Below, piece by piece: positions 24,028 through 35,035 of a DNA stretch of 44,144 bases (its first letter is position 1; every line of letters begins with the position of its first letter). The position numbers and the translations under genes are program-made. The notes below the pieces were generated by a model. The model was not told where the DNA came from, searched no databases, and saw only the letters and a program-made list of their open reading frames with translations. The stretch is from Macrostomum lignano. Lineage: Eukaryota. The stretch is taken from positions 1 to 44,144 of the forward strand of contig NIVC01003671.1 in NCBI GenBank assembly GCA_002269645.1, given 5' to 3'.

Positions 24028-24121
24028 CTGCGGGACCGGGGAGTCGGCATCGAGTTCAAGCTTGCGGTAACAGGAAGCCGCGACCGATGCAGCGGCACCC
24101 CATTCTAGGGCCAATGCAGCA

Positions 24122-24285
24122 GCAGCCCACCCTGACTGTGCCAGCCCACCCTGACTGTGCCAGCCCACCCTGACTGTGCCAGCTTACCCTGACTGTGCCA
24201 GCCCACTCTGACTGTGCCAGCCCACCCTGACTGTGCCAGCCCACCCTGACTGTGCCAGCCCACTCTGACTGTGCCAGCCCACCCG
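24122..24285. repeat. Minisatellite, 19-bp unit CAGCCCACCCTGACTGTGC, ~8 copies, EPT1 intron 4
   Basis: Tandem copies. Confidence 0.95.
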
Positions 24286-24315
24286 ATGACCAATGCAGCG
24301 ACACCCATGACTCAC

Positions 24316-24687
24316 TGTAGCAGCTGAGGATGACCAGATCAGTGTAGGTCCAGGTGCCAAAGGCAAAAGTCTGCCAGAAGCTGTCGCCCACGGCGAAGGT
24401 GAAGGCGTACACGGACACGAGGCTCACCTGGCTGAGGTCGTAGGCCCAGGGCAGGAAGAACATGCCAGTGACGTACTTCTCCCAGTGGGACAGCACGAAC
24501 TGGCCCATGATGGCCAGGTACAGGTAGTACACCCGCACTTCGTGCCCGCCGTAGACGCCCCTGCCGAAGACGGAGTAGACGCACATGGGGAAGAACAGGG
24601 TGGCCCAGGAGTCCAGGCCGTGGTCGAACATCTCGCCAACTGGAGAGCTCGTGCCGGTGCGCCTGGCCTGCTTGCCGTCCATGCCGT
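24316..24687 (-). CDS. EPT1: EPT1-like exon 4 containing the CDP-alcohol phosphotransferase signature
   Basis: DGMDGKQARRTGTSSPVGEMFDHGLD fits DG(x2)AR(x8)G(x3)D(x3)D. HWEKYVTG and LPWAYDLSQ match the SELENOI/EPT1 clade. CACAG| acceptor and |GTGAGT donor, phase 1/1. Confidence 0.96.
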
Positions 24688-25048
24688 CTGTGGGGGTGTC
24701 GGGTGGGCTTGCAAGATTGAATTTCACTGCTGGCAGGGTTTGAAGCTCGCAGGATTCACTGCTTCGAATTGGATGCGGGAATCATTAGAAATTCTTCCGA
24801 GGGTCCTGGGTTCGAGTCTGCGCTGAGGATTGGAGACTCCATATGTATTTGAGTCAGAAATATAAAGGACAACGTGCACTTACTATATGAAGTCTAAGGG
24901 AGGCCAAAGGCTGCAGGCCAAGGGGCGGAGTATTTAATTTCCAGATGCTTTTACATCGTGGCGTATTAAAAACCCAGTATGTATAAACAAAAAGAAACTA
25001 AATGGTTGTGCCCGGCCAAGGCAGAGGCAGCAGCAGCGCCTGACTCAC

Positions 25049-25241
25049 CGAGCGTGTGCGAGGCGAAGTTGAGCAGGGCGCTGACAAGCCACATGGCCCT
25101 GGGCACTGCCGGGTACTCCGGGAAGTCGGCTGATGAGGCGCGCAGGTCCGGGTCGAAGTAGGCCAGCAGCAGGCAGTTCAGCACCAGGCACAGGAAGCCG
25201 GACAGAGTCATCAGGTTGGGCGCCAGCTTGCGGGGCAGGAA
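25049..25241 (-). CDS. EPT1: EPT1-like exon 3 (FLPRKLAPNLMTLSGF...NFASHTL)
   Basis: CCGCAG| acceptor and |GTGAGT donor, phase 0/1. LAPNL(M/I)TxxG motif. Confidence 0.95.
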
Positions 25242-25307
25242 CTGCGGGCAGGTGGGAGCGGGTGAGCAGCTGAGCTGCCACCGTGCAGAGCTTGGAGGGC
25301 CAACCCG

Positions 25308-26255
25308 CCCTTTGGTGGTCACAGGCCTGAGGGTCACCCTGCCCTTGGTGGTCACAGGCCTGAGGGTCACCCTGCCCTTGGTGGTCACAGGCCTGAGGGT
25401 CACCCCGCCCTTGCTGGTCACAGGCCTGAGGGTCACCCGCCCTTTGCTGGTCACAGGCCTGAGGGTCACCCTGCCCTTGGTGGTCACAGGCCTGAGGGTC
25501 ACCCTGCCCTTGGTGGTCACAGGCCTGAGGGTCACCCTGCCCTTGGTGTTCACAGGCCTGAGGGTCACCCCGCCCTTGCTGGTCACAGGCCTGAGGGTCA
25601 CCCGCCCTTTGCTGGTCACAGGCCTGAGGGTCACCCTGCCTTTGCTGGTCACAGGCCTGAGGGTCACCCGCCCTTTGCTGGTCACAGGCCTGAGGGTCAC
25701 CCTGCCCTTGGTGGTCACAGGCCTGAGGGTCACCCTGCCCTTGGTGGTCACAGGCCTGAGGGTCACCCTGCCCTTGGTGTTCACAGGCCTGAGGGTCACC
25801 CCGCCCTTGCTGGTCACAGGCCTGAGGGTCACCCGCCCTTTGCTGGTCACAGGCCTGAGGGTCACCCTGCCTTTGCTGGTCACAGGCCTGAGGGTCACCC
25901 TGCCTTTGCTGGTCACAGGCCTGAGGGTCACCCTGCCTTTGCTGGTCACAGGCCTGAGGGTCACCCGCCCTTTGCTGGTCACAGGCCTGAGGGTCACCCG
26001 CCCTTTGCTGGTCACAGGCCTGAGGGTCACCCTGCCTTTGCTGGTCACAGGCCTGAGGGTCACCCGCCCTTTGCTGGTCACAGGCCTGAGGTTCACCCTG
26101 CCTTTGCTGGTCACAGGCCTGAGGGTCACCCTGCCTTTGCTGGTCACAGGCCTGAGGGTCACCCGCCCTTTGCTGGTCACAGGCCTGAGGTTCACCCTGC
26201 CTTTGCTGGTCACAGGCCTGAGGGTCACCCTGCCTTTGCTGGTCACAGGCCTGAG
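25308..26255. repeat. Minisatellite, 33-bp unit GGTCACAGGCCTGAGGGTCACCCTGCCTTTGCT, ~29 copies, EPT1 intron 2 (25242-26337)
   Basis: Tandem copies. Source of the (VTLRPVTSKGR)n ORF. Confidence 0.98.
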
Positions 26256-26337
26256 GGGCCGTCCCACTCCCGCACTGGGTTGGTGCCAGTGTCCTGTAAA
26301 TTTAGCATGAAGCAGGGCTGCTGCAGCAGGTGCAAAC

Positions 26338-26406
26338 CTTGACAAGCCAGTTCCAGAATGGGTGCATCACATAGTTGGCGAACGGGCTGGTGTCCTGCGA
26401 GGAGTA
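26338..26406 (-). CDS. EPT1: EPT1-like exon 2 ([23 protein letters not shown])
   Basis: TTTCAG| acceptor and AAG|GTTTGC donor, phase 0/0. Matches SELENOI [23 protein letters not shown]. Absent from the ORF track. Confidence 0.93.
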
Positions 26407-26596
26407 CTGAAATGGAGTTGCAGCAGACCAATGAGGATTCTGGGGTCGACGCAGACCTCAATTTTAAATATACTGTCATTTCTGAGATGCCATGGATCTC
26501 AGATGCATGGACCTGCTGAGATTCCAAGGCTCAAACAGGATACTGATATCTTAGGCTAGACAGCTGGCTGGATTGATGCACTTTTACAAGTGTAAT

Positions 26597-26597
<1 letters not shown>

Positions 26598-26646
<49 letters not shown>
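26598..26646. repeat. (TAA)n microsatellite, ~16 units
   Basis: Perfect trinucleotide run. Confidence 0.98.
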
Positions 26647-26730
26647 TGATTACACCTGCCCTGATGGGCACATGTGCAACTGAAAGCTCAGCATGTGCAT
26701 CCATTGCATTGTGCATCTGAAGGCTGTATA

Positions 26731-27098
26731 TTTTTTTTATTAGAGGCAGAGGGTTGTGTGCACCCTGGCGCACTTAAGCGACATACCAGTACATGTAGGC
26801 ACACAACCGGCGAGAGGCATTACTGCCCATTCCGCCGACTCCCCTGAGCAGGCATACAAGCGCGCGGATTTGTACACAGGCACACACTCACACAGGAGTG
26901 TACAGCGGCCCTAACTTTATATTATCGTTAGGCATGTACACTTCACTGCGCCTTGGGGGTTGGCTCTCAAGGCTGTTAATTGCACGAGCAGAGCCAAGCA
27001 GAGATTCCAATTCAGTCCCAAATTAATGTGACTGCACTTGGAATCGAGCCTGGTTCGCTGGCACACCAGAGCCTGCGCTACCGCTGGGCTACGGCCCC
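26731..27098 (-). mobile_element. Full-length tRNA-derived SINE (368 bp)
   Basis: Minus strand starts GGGGCCGTAGCCCAGCGG (A-box) ... GGCTCGATTCC (B-box) and ends TAATAAAAAAAA. Flanked by a 14-bp TSD with one mismatch: CTGAAGGCTGTATA at 26717-26730 and CTGAAGGCTATATA at 27099-27112. There is no 3' acceptor-stem complement, so it is not a functional tRNA. Confidence 0.88.
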
Positions 27099-29281
27099 CT
27101 GAAGGCTATATATGGCTGTCTAGTCTAAGGACTGGGGGTTGCCACACACCTCCAATTCCCCAGCTAATGCTGGCACTCATTTTACAGCTCGATGAACTGA
27201 AACAAAGAGTAATTAAGCATCTTTATCGTTAAAGAACTAACGATAGTGACTGGGCTTTGGCACTTTGGAAGGTAAAACCAGTATAGTTAGAGTATAAAGT
27301 AGACTTGTAATAGTATTCCCTCTGATAGGAGCCATTCCAATTCTAGCTAGTGTCATAGTGGACCCACCCTATACTCAGCAGAGTACAAACCCAGGGCTGA
27401 ACTATACTAGCATTAGCTAAAAACCACATTTAACAATGGGGATCAATTCTACTATAGGTAGTCATAGTAGGATACTTCTAAATTATCATATTCTACAATT
27501 GCAAGAAGTTTTTGTAGCAATATTATATTAAGATAAACTGGGTTTGTAAATCTGTAAGACTAGATTTTAGTAGAATTGATTCAAAAACAAAAGTTCACAA
27601 ATATATTACAATATAATTCCTTCTTTTCTCATTTTTTATGACCAACCTATACTTTCAGTATGAACTTTATAAAATGAAATGCAAGTATTGGAGTTTGGCT
27701 TCATTAATATAAAAGTATATTTATGAATTTTTATACTTGCATTAGATGCTTAAATGAGATCAATCAATCAATATTAGGCAAAAAATCAAGCCTTTGCTTT
27801 AAGTTGCCAATTGCTCATTGACTCATTTGACTATTAATTGAACAATTTTAAACATTTTGGTACTAGATTATAGCACATTTAGCAAGTATAATAGCAAGTA
27901 TAACAAGATAATAACCCTAAGCATATCAGTAAATCTACTTAGGCATGGTTTAAGAATAAGAAACTAAAGCTAAGAAACTGGCTAAGTCAAGGCTAAGAAG
28001 ATTATTGAAAAATCTTTGGTTTAATTTAAAGAAAACTATTCATGCTTACAGACTTAGAAATCTAGATAGAGGGACTTGGAATATACCATTGGTATATAAC
28101 TTGGTATATAGAGAGGCCTATATAGAGGATCTATTGGTATATAGAAAGACTTCTTCAAGTTTATATTGATAAATTAGTTGCAGTTTTGATAGGATGATAA
28201 TTTTATCTCTATAAAGGTTTTTGATAATGCTGATTTCAAATTTGAGCTTTGTTTTAACAAGCCAACAACAGGGCATGGGGAATGGGAGGTTTTTTGGTAG
28301 GGAGATTCTTAATAAAGATGGTTCTATCAATGTAAACAAAACGAGGCATGAAGACCTATTCAAGATTATATTGATAAATTCTAGTCTTAGAAGAGGGTCA
28401 ACCATACCAAAAAAGGATCAATGACCAACCACTGGGGTGTGGGAAATAAGGGGTTTTAGGATGAGGAGATTCTTTATGAGGATTGATTTTATCAGTATAA
28501 AGTTGAATAGAGGCATGGAGACCTATTCAAAAGGTCTTCCTAAAACATGTATTGCACTACCTCACAGTGCTACACATTAAAACAAATTGGACTATAACTA
28601 AAGACATTTCAAAATGAATTGTCTATTTAAGCTTCAAGTTCATGCTTGGGCACAACCTTGGAATTTACTTGGCCAACCTTGTAAGTCGCTGTTGGCTGAA
28701 AGTAGTCATGTGACTACTATTCTGTCCAATAGCAATTTACATGTGTTGCCTACATATGTGTTGCCAATAGAAATGGCCAAGTGATTCCCAAGGTTGCACA
28801 TGTGTGTTCAAGTTTTTATTCAATTTATTTTTTTACTTTAAATTAAATCCTTAGTATGAAAATCAAGCTATTGAAGACTTTCTTTTCATTTTCTATGGCC
28901 CAAAAGAAGGGTCTATGGAGCAACCATAGACAAACATTTCATTAGACAAACATGGATATAGCAGACAAAATTTAGTGAGCAGAGCAGTGATAAAAGTTTT
29001 GCTATAGCCCAAGATGCAGTGGATGAGCAGAATCCTGCAGGGCAAGAACCCTATCATAAGATAAGCAACGAAAAGTGCAACCTGATTGTTGCTACCATTG
29101 AGAGAGGTGATAGTGCTGAGCACATTTTGCAATGGCTGGATGTAAAGAGAAAAAAGTGTATTCTAGCAGGTGTCACTATGAAATAACAGGCCTTTTTTGA
29201 TTGGTTTCTCTGAAATCAAAGTGTTAATGTTAATCATTTTTTGCAGATATTATTTCAGTGAAGTTATTTGTAAAGGATATA

Positions 29282-30260
29282 CACTCAGCAACATTGAAAA
29301 GTTTCTACCCTCACGCTAGACGTGTATATTTAGAGTTTCAAAACTGGTTTTTGTTGCCAGACTTGTGCCATAGACAAATGATGATTTTGTCAACACGCAC
29401 TTGGGCCATAGACAAAAACTTGGGGCATAGATGCCAGACAAGTTGAAAGAAACAGTCACATGGAACAGATAGCAGCAGCTTACAGGAGTCTAAAATCCAT
29501 GTTTGCAACTGGATGCAATGGTTTGCCAAATGACTGACCTGGAACGAACGCACCATTGGCATGCTAGACACTGGGATGTCTATCCAAGCTGTTGCTCACC
29601 AAATTGGATAGTCATACATAGCAATCCGCAAACTGCAGATCAAGTACAGAGAAATGGGCAGCGTGGCACATGCTACGCGTGGCTAGCAGCTCAATATGTG
29701 CAGTACAACTAGGAGGGCAGACATCTGAAATTGTTGCGAATAGTAAAGGGAAGCCCCACCATACATGTGCAATAGTCAGCTGAGTCGGCCAATCTGGCCG
29801 ACCAATTTGGTGGCCAACCAAGGTAAGTTGCAAAAATGCCCATCCTAATTAATACTAAAGTAGTACTAAGTAGATGATGAGGCATTTTGCCTTAATAAGA
29901 CAGTCTTAGTTACTTCTGCCAATTACCCAAAGTTACACTAACCTTGCTTTAGGGCTTCTTTTACATGCAAGTCACATTTTTGGCCAAAAACTGTATCACA
30001 TTTTTGTTAAAACTAAGTTGCACAGCCAACCGAATTTTGGAGTTTACACATGTATGAGCCCCACGTTGCCAGCCACCTTGCTACAGCTAATGTGGGCTAA
30101 AAGAAGCAGGCGAGGGAATATCCTAAGTGCCCAAACCATCCAACAACAATTGCAAGAGTCGAGGCTGCAACTGTCTATGGCTCAAACCATGAATATCTCT
30201 ACCTACCAAAATGTTGACCTTTTGCATGCTAGGGTAGAAACTTTTCAATGTTGCTGAGTG
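29282..30260 (+). mobile_element. Internally deleted Tc1/mariner transposon with decayed transposase N-terminus
   Basis: Perfect 30-bp TIRs CACTCAGCAACATTGAAAAGTTTCTACCCT with TA on both sides. Frameshifted and stop-containing relic MTDLER/TIGMLDTGMSIQAVAHQIG*SYIAIRKLQIKYREMGSV (paired-like HTH) and ILSAQTIQQQLQESRL (second HTH region). No DDE domain remains. Confidence 0.9.
29760..30056. mobile_element. hAT-like MITE (297 bp) inserted in the Tc1 relic
   Basis: TIR CATACATGTG / CACATGTATG and perfect 8-bp TSD AGCCCCAC (29752-29759, 30057-30064). Confidence 0.88.
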
Positions 30261-31394
30261 TATGAGCACTATGAAAAGAATTCTCAGATTGGTTGCTCCA
30301 TAGACCTTTTTTGGGCCATAGACAATCAAAAACCAGTCTTCAATAGCTTGATTTTCCCACTAAGGATTAAATTGCTTGCTCCTAAGCTTAATTGGCTTGG
30401 AAAATGCTATAATAAAATAATAATAACAATGAAAACAAGAATAAGAAAAATAATAATAATATTTAATATACTAATTAAAGGTATTTATTCTGTTTATCTT
30501 ACAACAAATAGTTTTTTTTCTATAATCAAATACTGCAATCTACATTAACAAAGAAATTTATAATATGTAACATTGCAAGGCAGTGTGGTACACATTTTAG
30601 GGAGACCCCTATTTAAGATTATATTGATAAATTCTAGTTTTAGAAGGGGGGAGGTGACTATGTCAAAAAGATCAATGACCAATTATTATAGCATGGGAAA
30701 TAGGTTGTTTTAGGGTGGGGAGATTCTTCATAGAGATTGATTGTATCAATATAAACTTGAATAGAGGCATAAAGACCTATTCAAGGTTGTATTGATAAAA
30801 TCCATCTTGAAAAGGATATCCTATTGCAATGAAGCTTAAATTGAAAGTCAGTACATAATAGGGCCTAGTCCCATATTGCAAAAGAAAGGGTGTACACCAG
30901 AATTTTCTGACGTACACTTGAGTTCTATGGCGTACACTTGAGTTCTATGGCATACACTAGCATACATTTCTTGGCTATGTACAATGTGGCATACAGTGTG
31001 GCATACATAACTGGCATACAAATTAATATAAAGAATTTTTCGTGCATTTTTCTATGTCAAGTTATTTCAAAAACCTTTTTTCTGCTACTATTTTCTCATT
31101 TACTAATCATTTTAATTACTGGAATTGTCACCACAATCATCATGTCATTATCAATTTTTTGTAGTTTAAATTTAAATTTAAATATTCATTGATTTTTTTA
31201 CCATTAAACTGTTTTTAATTGTAATATACTGTTCTGGTTCTGACTTCTGGTTATGTTGGCATACATTAAGAAATTTGGCATACATTTAAAATTTGTTGGC
31301 ATATGATTGAAAATTCAATGAAAATGTGTACCGCGTACACAGAAAACCTTCCACAATTTGGGCTTAGTCATAGGCCTAAACTTATTAATATAGA

Positions 31395-31672
31395 CATATA
31401 TGTGCAACCTCTGAAATTCAGTTGGCCATGCAACTTAGTTTTAACAAAAATGCAATGTACTTTTTGGCCAAAAATGTGACTTACATGTAAAAAAACCTAA
31501 ATAAACATTAACGCAACTTTGGATAAATGGCAAGAGTCCTATTAAGCCAAAATGCTATGTCAGCTACTTAGTACTACTACTTGGTTATTTTTTGGGTGGG
31601 CATTTTTGCAACTTCCTTGGTTGGCTGCCAAATTGGTCGGCCAATCACTTGGCCAGCTGTTGTGCATGTATG
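31395..31672. mobile_element. Second, inverted, diverged copy of the CATACATGTG MITE
   Basis: Reverse-complement similarity to 29760-30056 along its length. Flanks AATATAGA / AATAAAGA form an 8-bp TSD with 1 mismatch. Confidence 0.82.
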
Positions 31673-34614
31673 AATAAAGAAAAAAAATATTTTTCAATCT
31701 TTCTTTCAAAATGACAATAATCCTTTTTTCTAATCTCTCTTTTTTTAATTTTCTCTGCTCTCATTTTTGTTAACCATCTCCATCCCTCACAAGATAACAT
31801 GACATGAAATATTAAGGGTTATCTTAATGGCAGTTGTTATTTGTCTGGTTAAATTGTTAACACAAGTATCTTATTTGTTTTGTGATGAATATTCTAGATT
31901 TTTAAGACCTTTTCTCATATACTGATTAATATTTTCTTATATACAAGTAGTATGAAGATGCACATGTCTTTTTGCCACCAGTGAATGGGCTTCTTTTTAG
32001 ACGTGTGTCTTCATACTACTTGATAAACCTAGTTTTGTACTGATAAAAAAGAACTTTTAGAAGCTCAATAAAAATGTAAATCTCTACTTCTCCCATTTTC
32101 TCTCTTTGTCTGTTCTGTTTCTCTCTACTCTCTCTAGTCTCCCCTCTCCTCTCCTCTCACCTCTAGCTCTTGTCTTATCTCCTATCTTCTCTTTAGTCTT
32201 ATCTCTTCTCTATTCCCTTTCTCTCTCATCTGACCTGCAGCCATGAGCTGGAATCGAGTCTTCTATAATAGGCTCTAGAAGGCCCTGATATAAAAAAATT
32301 CTAATGACTAAAGTCTACAGAGCATAGCAGGGTTATATACCACCTCATTAAGCTGGTTGTTTTGGCGCATGCTCCTCTTAGCATCAGCTTAAATGCTTGG
32401 AAAGTCAGGCCAGTTTTGTGGGACATAAACATAAACCTTGTACTCTCAACTCAATCAGATAGTACACTTAAGTTATCCTAAGGCTCTTCTTTCTCCAACA
32501 GAGTTGCAAAGAAAGCTATAAATAAAGTCTTTCCAAAACACTGTACATACCTACTTCAGAAGCCATATTGCCTGACTTTTTAGTTGGGGGGGGGGGGGAG
32601 GATTGTACATGTAGTGACTTGGATCTTGGGCCCAACAAACTTTGTACTGGGCTTGCAATTTAAATGTGCAGTTAAAGAGCTAAATTTAATACAAAATTTT
32701 AATCACGTGACGCCCATTTATTGATCTAATTTCCCTTGGTCTGTGCGCGAGTCAAACGAAGCTCTATTACACGCCCTCCAAACCAAGCCACCAAGCACTC
32801 TCGCATTGCCACAACCCCACTTGGAAGGGACGGGTGTGTATATTGTATGTACGATTATTCCTTCCTTTCTTTTCCTTTCCTTTCCTTTCTAACCAGCTTA
32901 ACTCAGCCCAATGTTAAAGCCATGCAAGCAATTGCATGCAAATGCAGATTATGCAAAGCAGTATGCAGCTTAATGTGATGAATTTTGATGCAAAAAAGGT
33001 ATTTTTTATATGAAAAAACATCCAATGGTTATGAAATTCAAGAAATTTGTTAAATTAACTATATGGAACACTGTGCATTGGTTTCAGTGCAAAATTCGTA
33101 CCATTTTCAGTTTAAATAGCCCCAGAACTAACATAAAAATAAAAAGTCAAGTTTTCAGTTTTTTATCAATAATTTTTTACCCAATGAACTAAATCTCTAG
33201 AAATTGCACACAAATATGCCTCTTTATGTGGGAAATCAGGCGTCATTAAAATATTGCCGTCCTATTGTGTTTTTTGCCTGATTTCAAGCAAAATATTAAA
33301 AAATCACTACTTTGATTGATTATCAATCACTTTTGACATATGAGCACTTGTTGCAGACACTCAAAAACTTAGTCAATTTTAGCGAGACCTTAGTACAACT
33401 TGTTGCAGTATCCGCATTTGATCTACCATTCTTTTAAAAATGTAATCACACATTTTTCTGGCACCCAATCAGCCAAAAATCACAAATTATCGATTTCTGA
33501 TCAATTTTTCAACCCAAAAGCAGCAAAATCAGACGGCGGCAATTTAAACCAATATAGTATAGCAACTATGCTATAGAAATTTGAAATTGACTTATTTGCA
33601 CCATGTTCTCAAAATTATAATAAGCAATAATGCGAAAGTCATGTGATTTTTTGAAAAATCAATTCTTGTTGATTTTTTCAACACTGCAGAATTGTAGGGA
33701 AACAAAACTTTAGATACTTGTAGATTTTTGCATTGTGCATCCAGCACTGCTTTGAAGCCCAAACTTAAAAAGCTTCATAGGAAAAATTGGTGAAATAATA
33801 AAATGAAGGTTTTACCCAAAAAACTGACCAAAATTGCATAAAGATGCCAAAAGAAAATTAAACTACCATATACCATTTTGTAGGAAATTTAGTTTGACAA
33901 CTTTGATCCCCAGATGTCGAAGCCATATCTTGTAAGGTGTGCTAGAATTTTGAGATCTCCCAGAAGCACTTAATACCTTACTCAACTCAATTGGTACAGT
34001 GGTTGCAAAACAAGAGCATTTTTATCAAAAAAATGTGAAATTTCAAAATGCATGGGAGTCTAACTTATTTACTCGTAAATACTTTCTAGCCCATGTTGGC
34101 TTTCGGCCAACAAAAAATAACAAAATGTCTATTTGTCCAGTATTAACCAGATGAATAAGAAAGCATGGTCAGGATCCAGTAACCAGACAAATAACCACAA
34201 TGCTATTCGTCTGGTCACCAAACAAATAAGTTATAACAACTACCTATCTTAATTGCCCTAAAATTCTCATTAGTCTTATTCATATAAGCAATTCTAATAG
34301 TACTATATATCCTTATAGCACTAGTTTGTAGGGCCTAAGCATACAACAATGCCTGCCAAACAAAAGATTAGGTCATAAAGTTCCTGGGTTCTTTTCTTGC
34401 CAGAGACAAGGTGCGAAATTGCACCATGGCCATGCCCAATTATAGGGTGCAACTTTAAGTCTTGAAGTGCAAATTGTCTTATTAAATGATGCTTCAGAAG
34501 GAAAAAATAGGTTGTGAGACTGCACCTAAACTGCACCCACTTTTCAATTTCAGGGTGCATGCAATTTCAAAATTTAGGGTGCATAATGTATATGCATACT
34601 CTAGTACTCTACAC

Positions 34615-34813
34615 CAGGCGCTGCAGAACAGGGGGGCAGGGGGGGAAGCTGCCCCCCGACATTGAGTTGGGGGGACATTGCCCCCCCCCTCAAATACCGT
34701 TCAACAGCATAATTTTGCTCAAATTTTTGGTCACTGTCCAAGACAGGGTCTGGGCTTGAGTTTCGGAAACTTGGTCCTGCCCCCCTTGGCAAAAACTCAT
34801 TCCACGGCGCCTG
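34615..34813. mobile_element. hAT-like MITE (199 bp), 160 bp inside EPT1 intron 1
   Basis: TIR CAGGCGC(T/C)G(CA/TG)GAA, perfect 8-bp TSD CTCTACAC (34607-34614, 34814-34821), and G/C-run subterminal motifs. Confidence 0.9.
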
Positions 34814-34972
34814 CTCTACACACAAAAAATGCAGATCATAATCATATGACATAACCCAAATATTATAATGATGTGAACGTATTCAATAACTAGTACTCAA
34901 GAGGTTCTATTATGCATATAGTATAATATTTAGTACATTTAGATAGGTAATGGAAACACTTAATTGACTTAC

Positions 34973-35035
34973 CTTGTAAGAATCAAAACCGCGAATCACA
35001 TTATCTGGCAAATAGTAGTAACAAAAAATACCCAT
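34973..35035 (-). CDS. EPT1: EPT1-like exon 1 (MGIFCYYYLPDNVIRGFDSYK); intron 1 = 26407-34972 (8.6 kb)
   Basis: Matches SELENOI MAGYEYVSPEQLAGFDKYK. Perfect donor AAG|GTAAGT, and phase 0 joins exon 2. The seven exons sum to 1185 nt = 394 aa + stop. Confidence 0.88.

Larger units (their letters stand above)
28841..30374. mobile_element. Old non-autonomous TIR element (~550 bp without inserts) hosting nested Tc1 and hAT-like insertions
   Basis: ~85-bp imperfect inverted arms: TCCTTAGTATGAAAATCAAGCTATTGAAGACT..CTATGGCCCAAAAGAAGGGTCTATGGAGCAACC at 28848-28925, reverse complement at 30285-30367. Possible TTAAA duplication on both sides. Superfamily unclear. Confidence 0.7.

Noticed and set aside
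24795-24830. B-box-like GGTTCGAGTC in EPT1 intron 3 as a second SINE/tRNA
   Set aside because: No A-box at the proper distance, and no tail or TSD was found.
2520-26255. Regularly repeated 20-44-bp units as CRISPR arrays
   Set aside because: Units are directly adjacent with no unique spacers, the context is eukaryotic and spliced, and no cas genes are present.
24966-26345. 459-aa ORF with (VTLRPVTSKGR)n fused to EPT1 exon 3, suggesting a repeat-domain isoform
   Set aside because: The repeat lies inside a canonical 1096-nt GT-AG intron whose length is not a multiple of 3, so retention would shift the frame relative to exon 2.
27036-27098. Functional tRNA gene
   Set aside because: There is no 3' strand for the acceptor stem and the T-stem is mismatched. 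It continues into a SINE body with tail and TSD.
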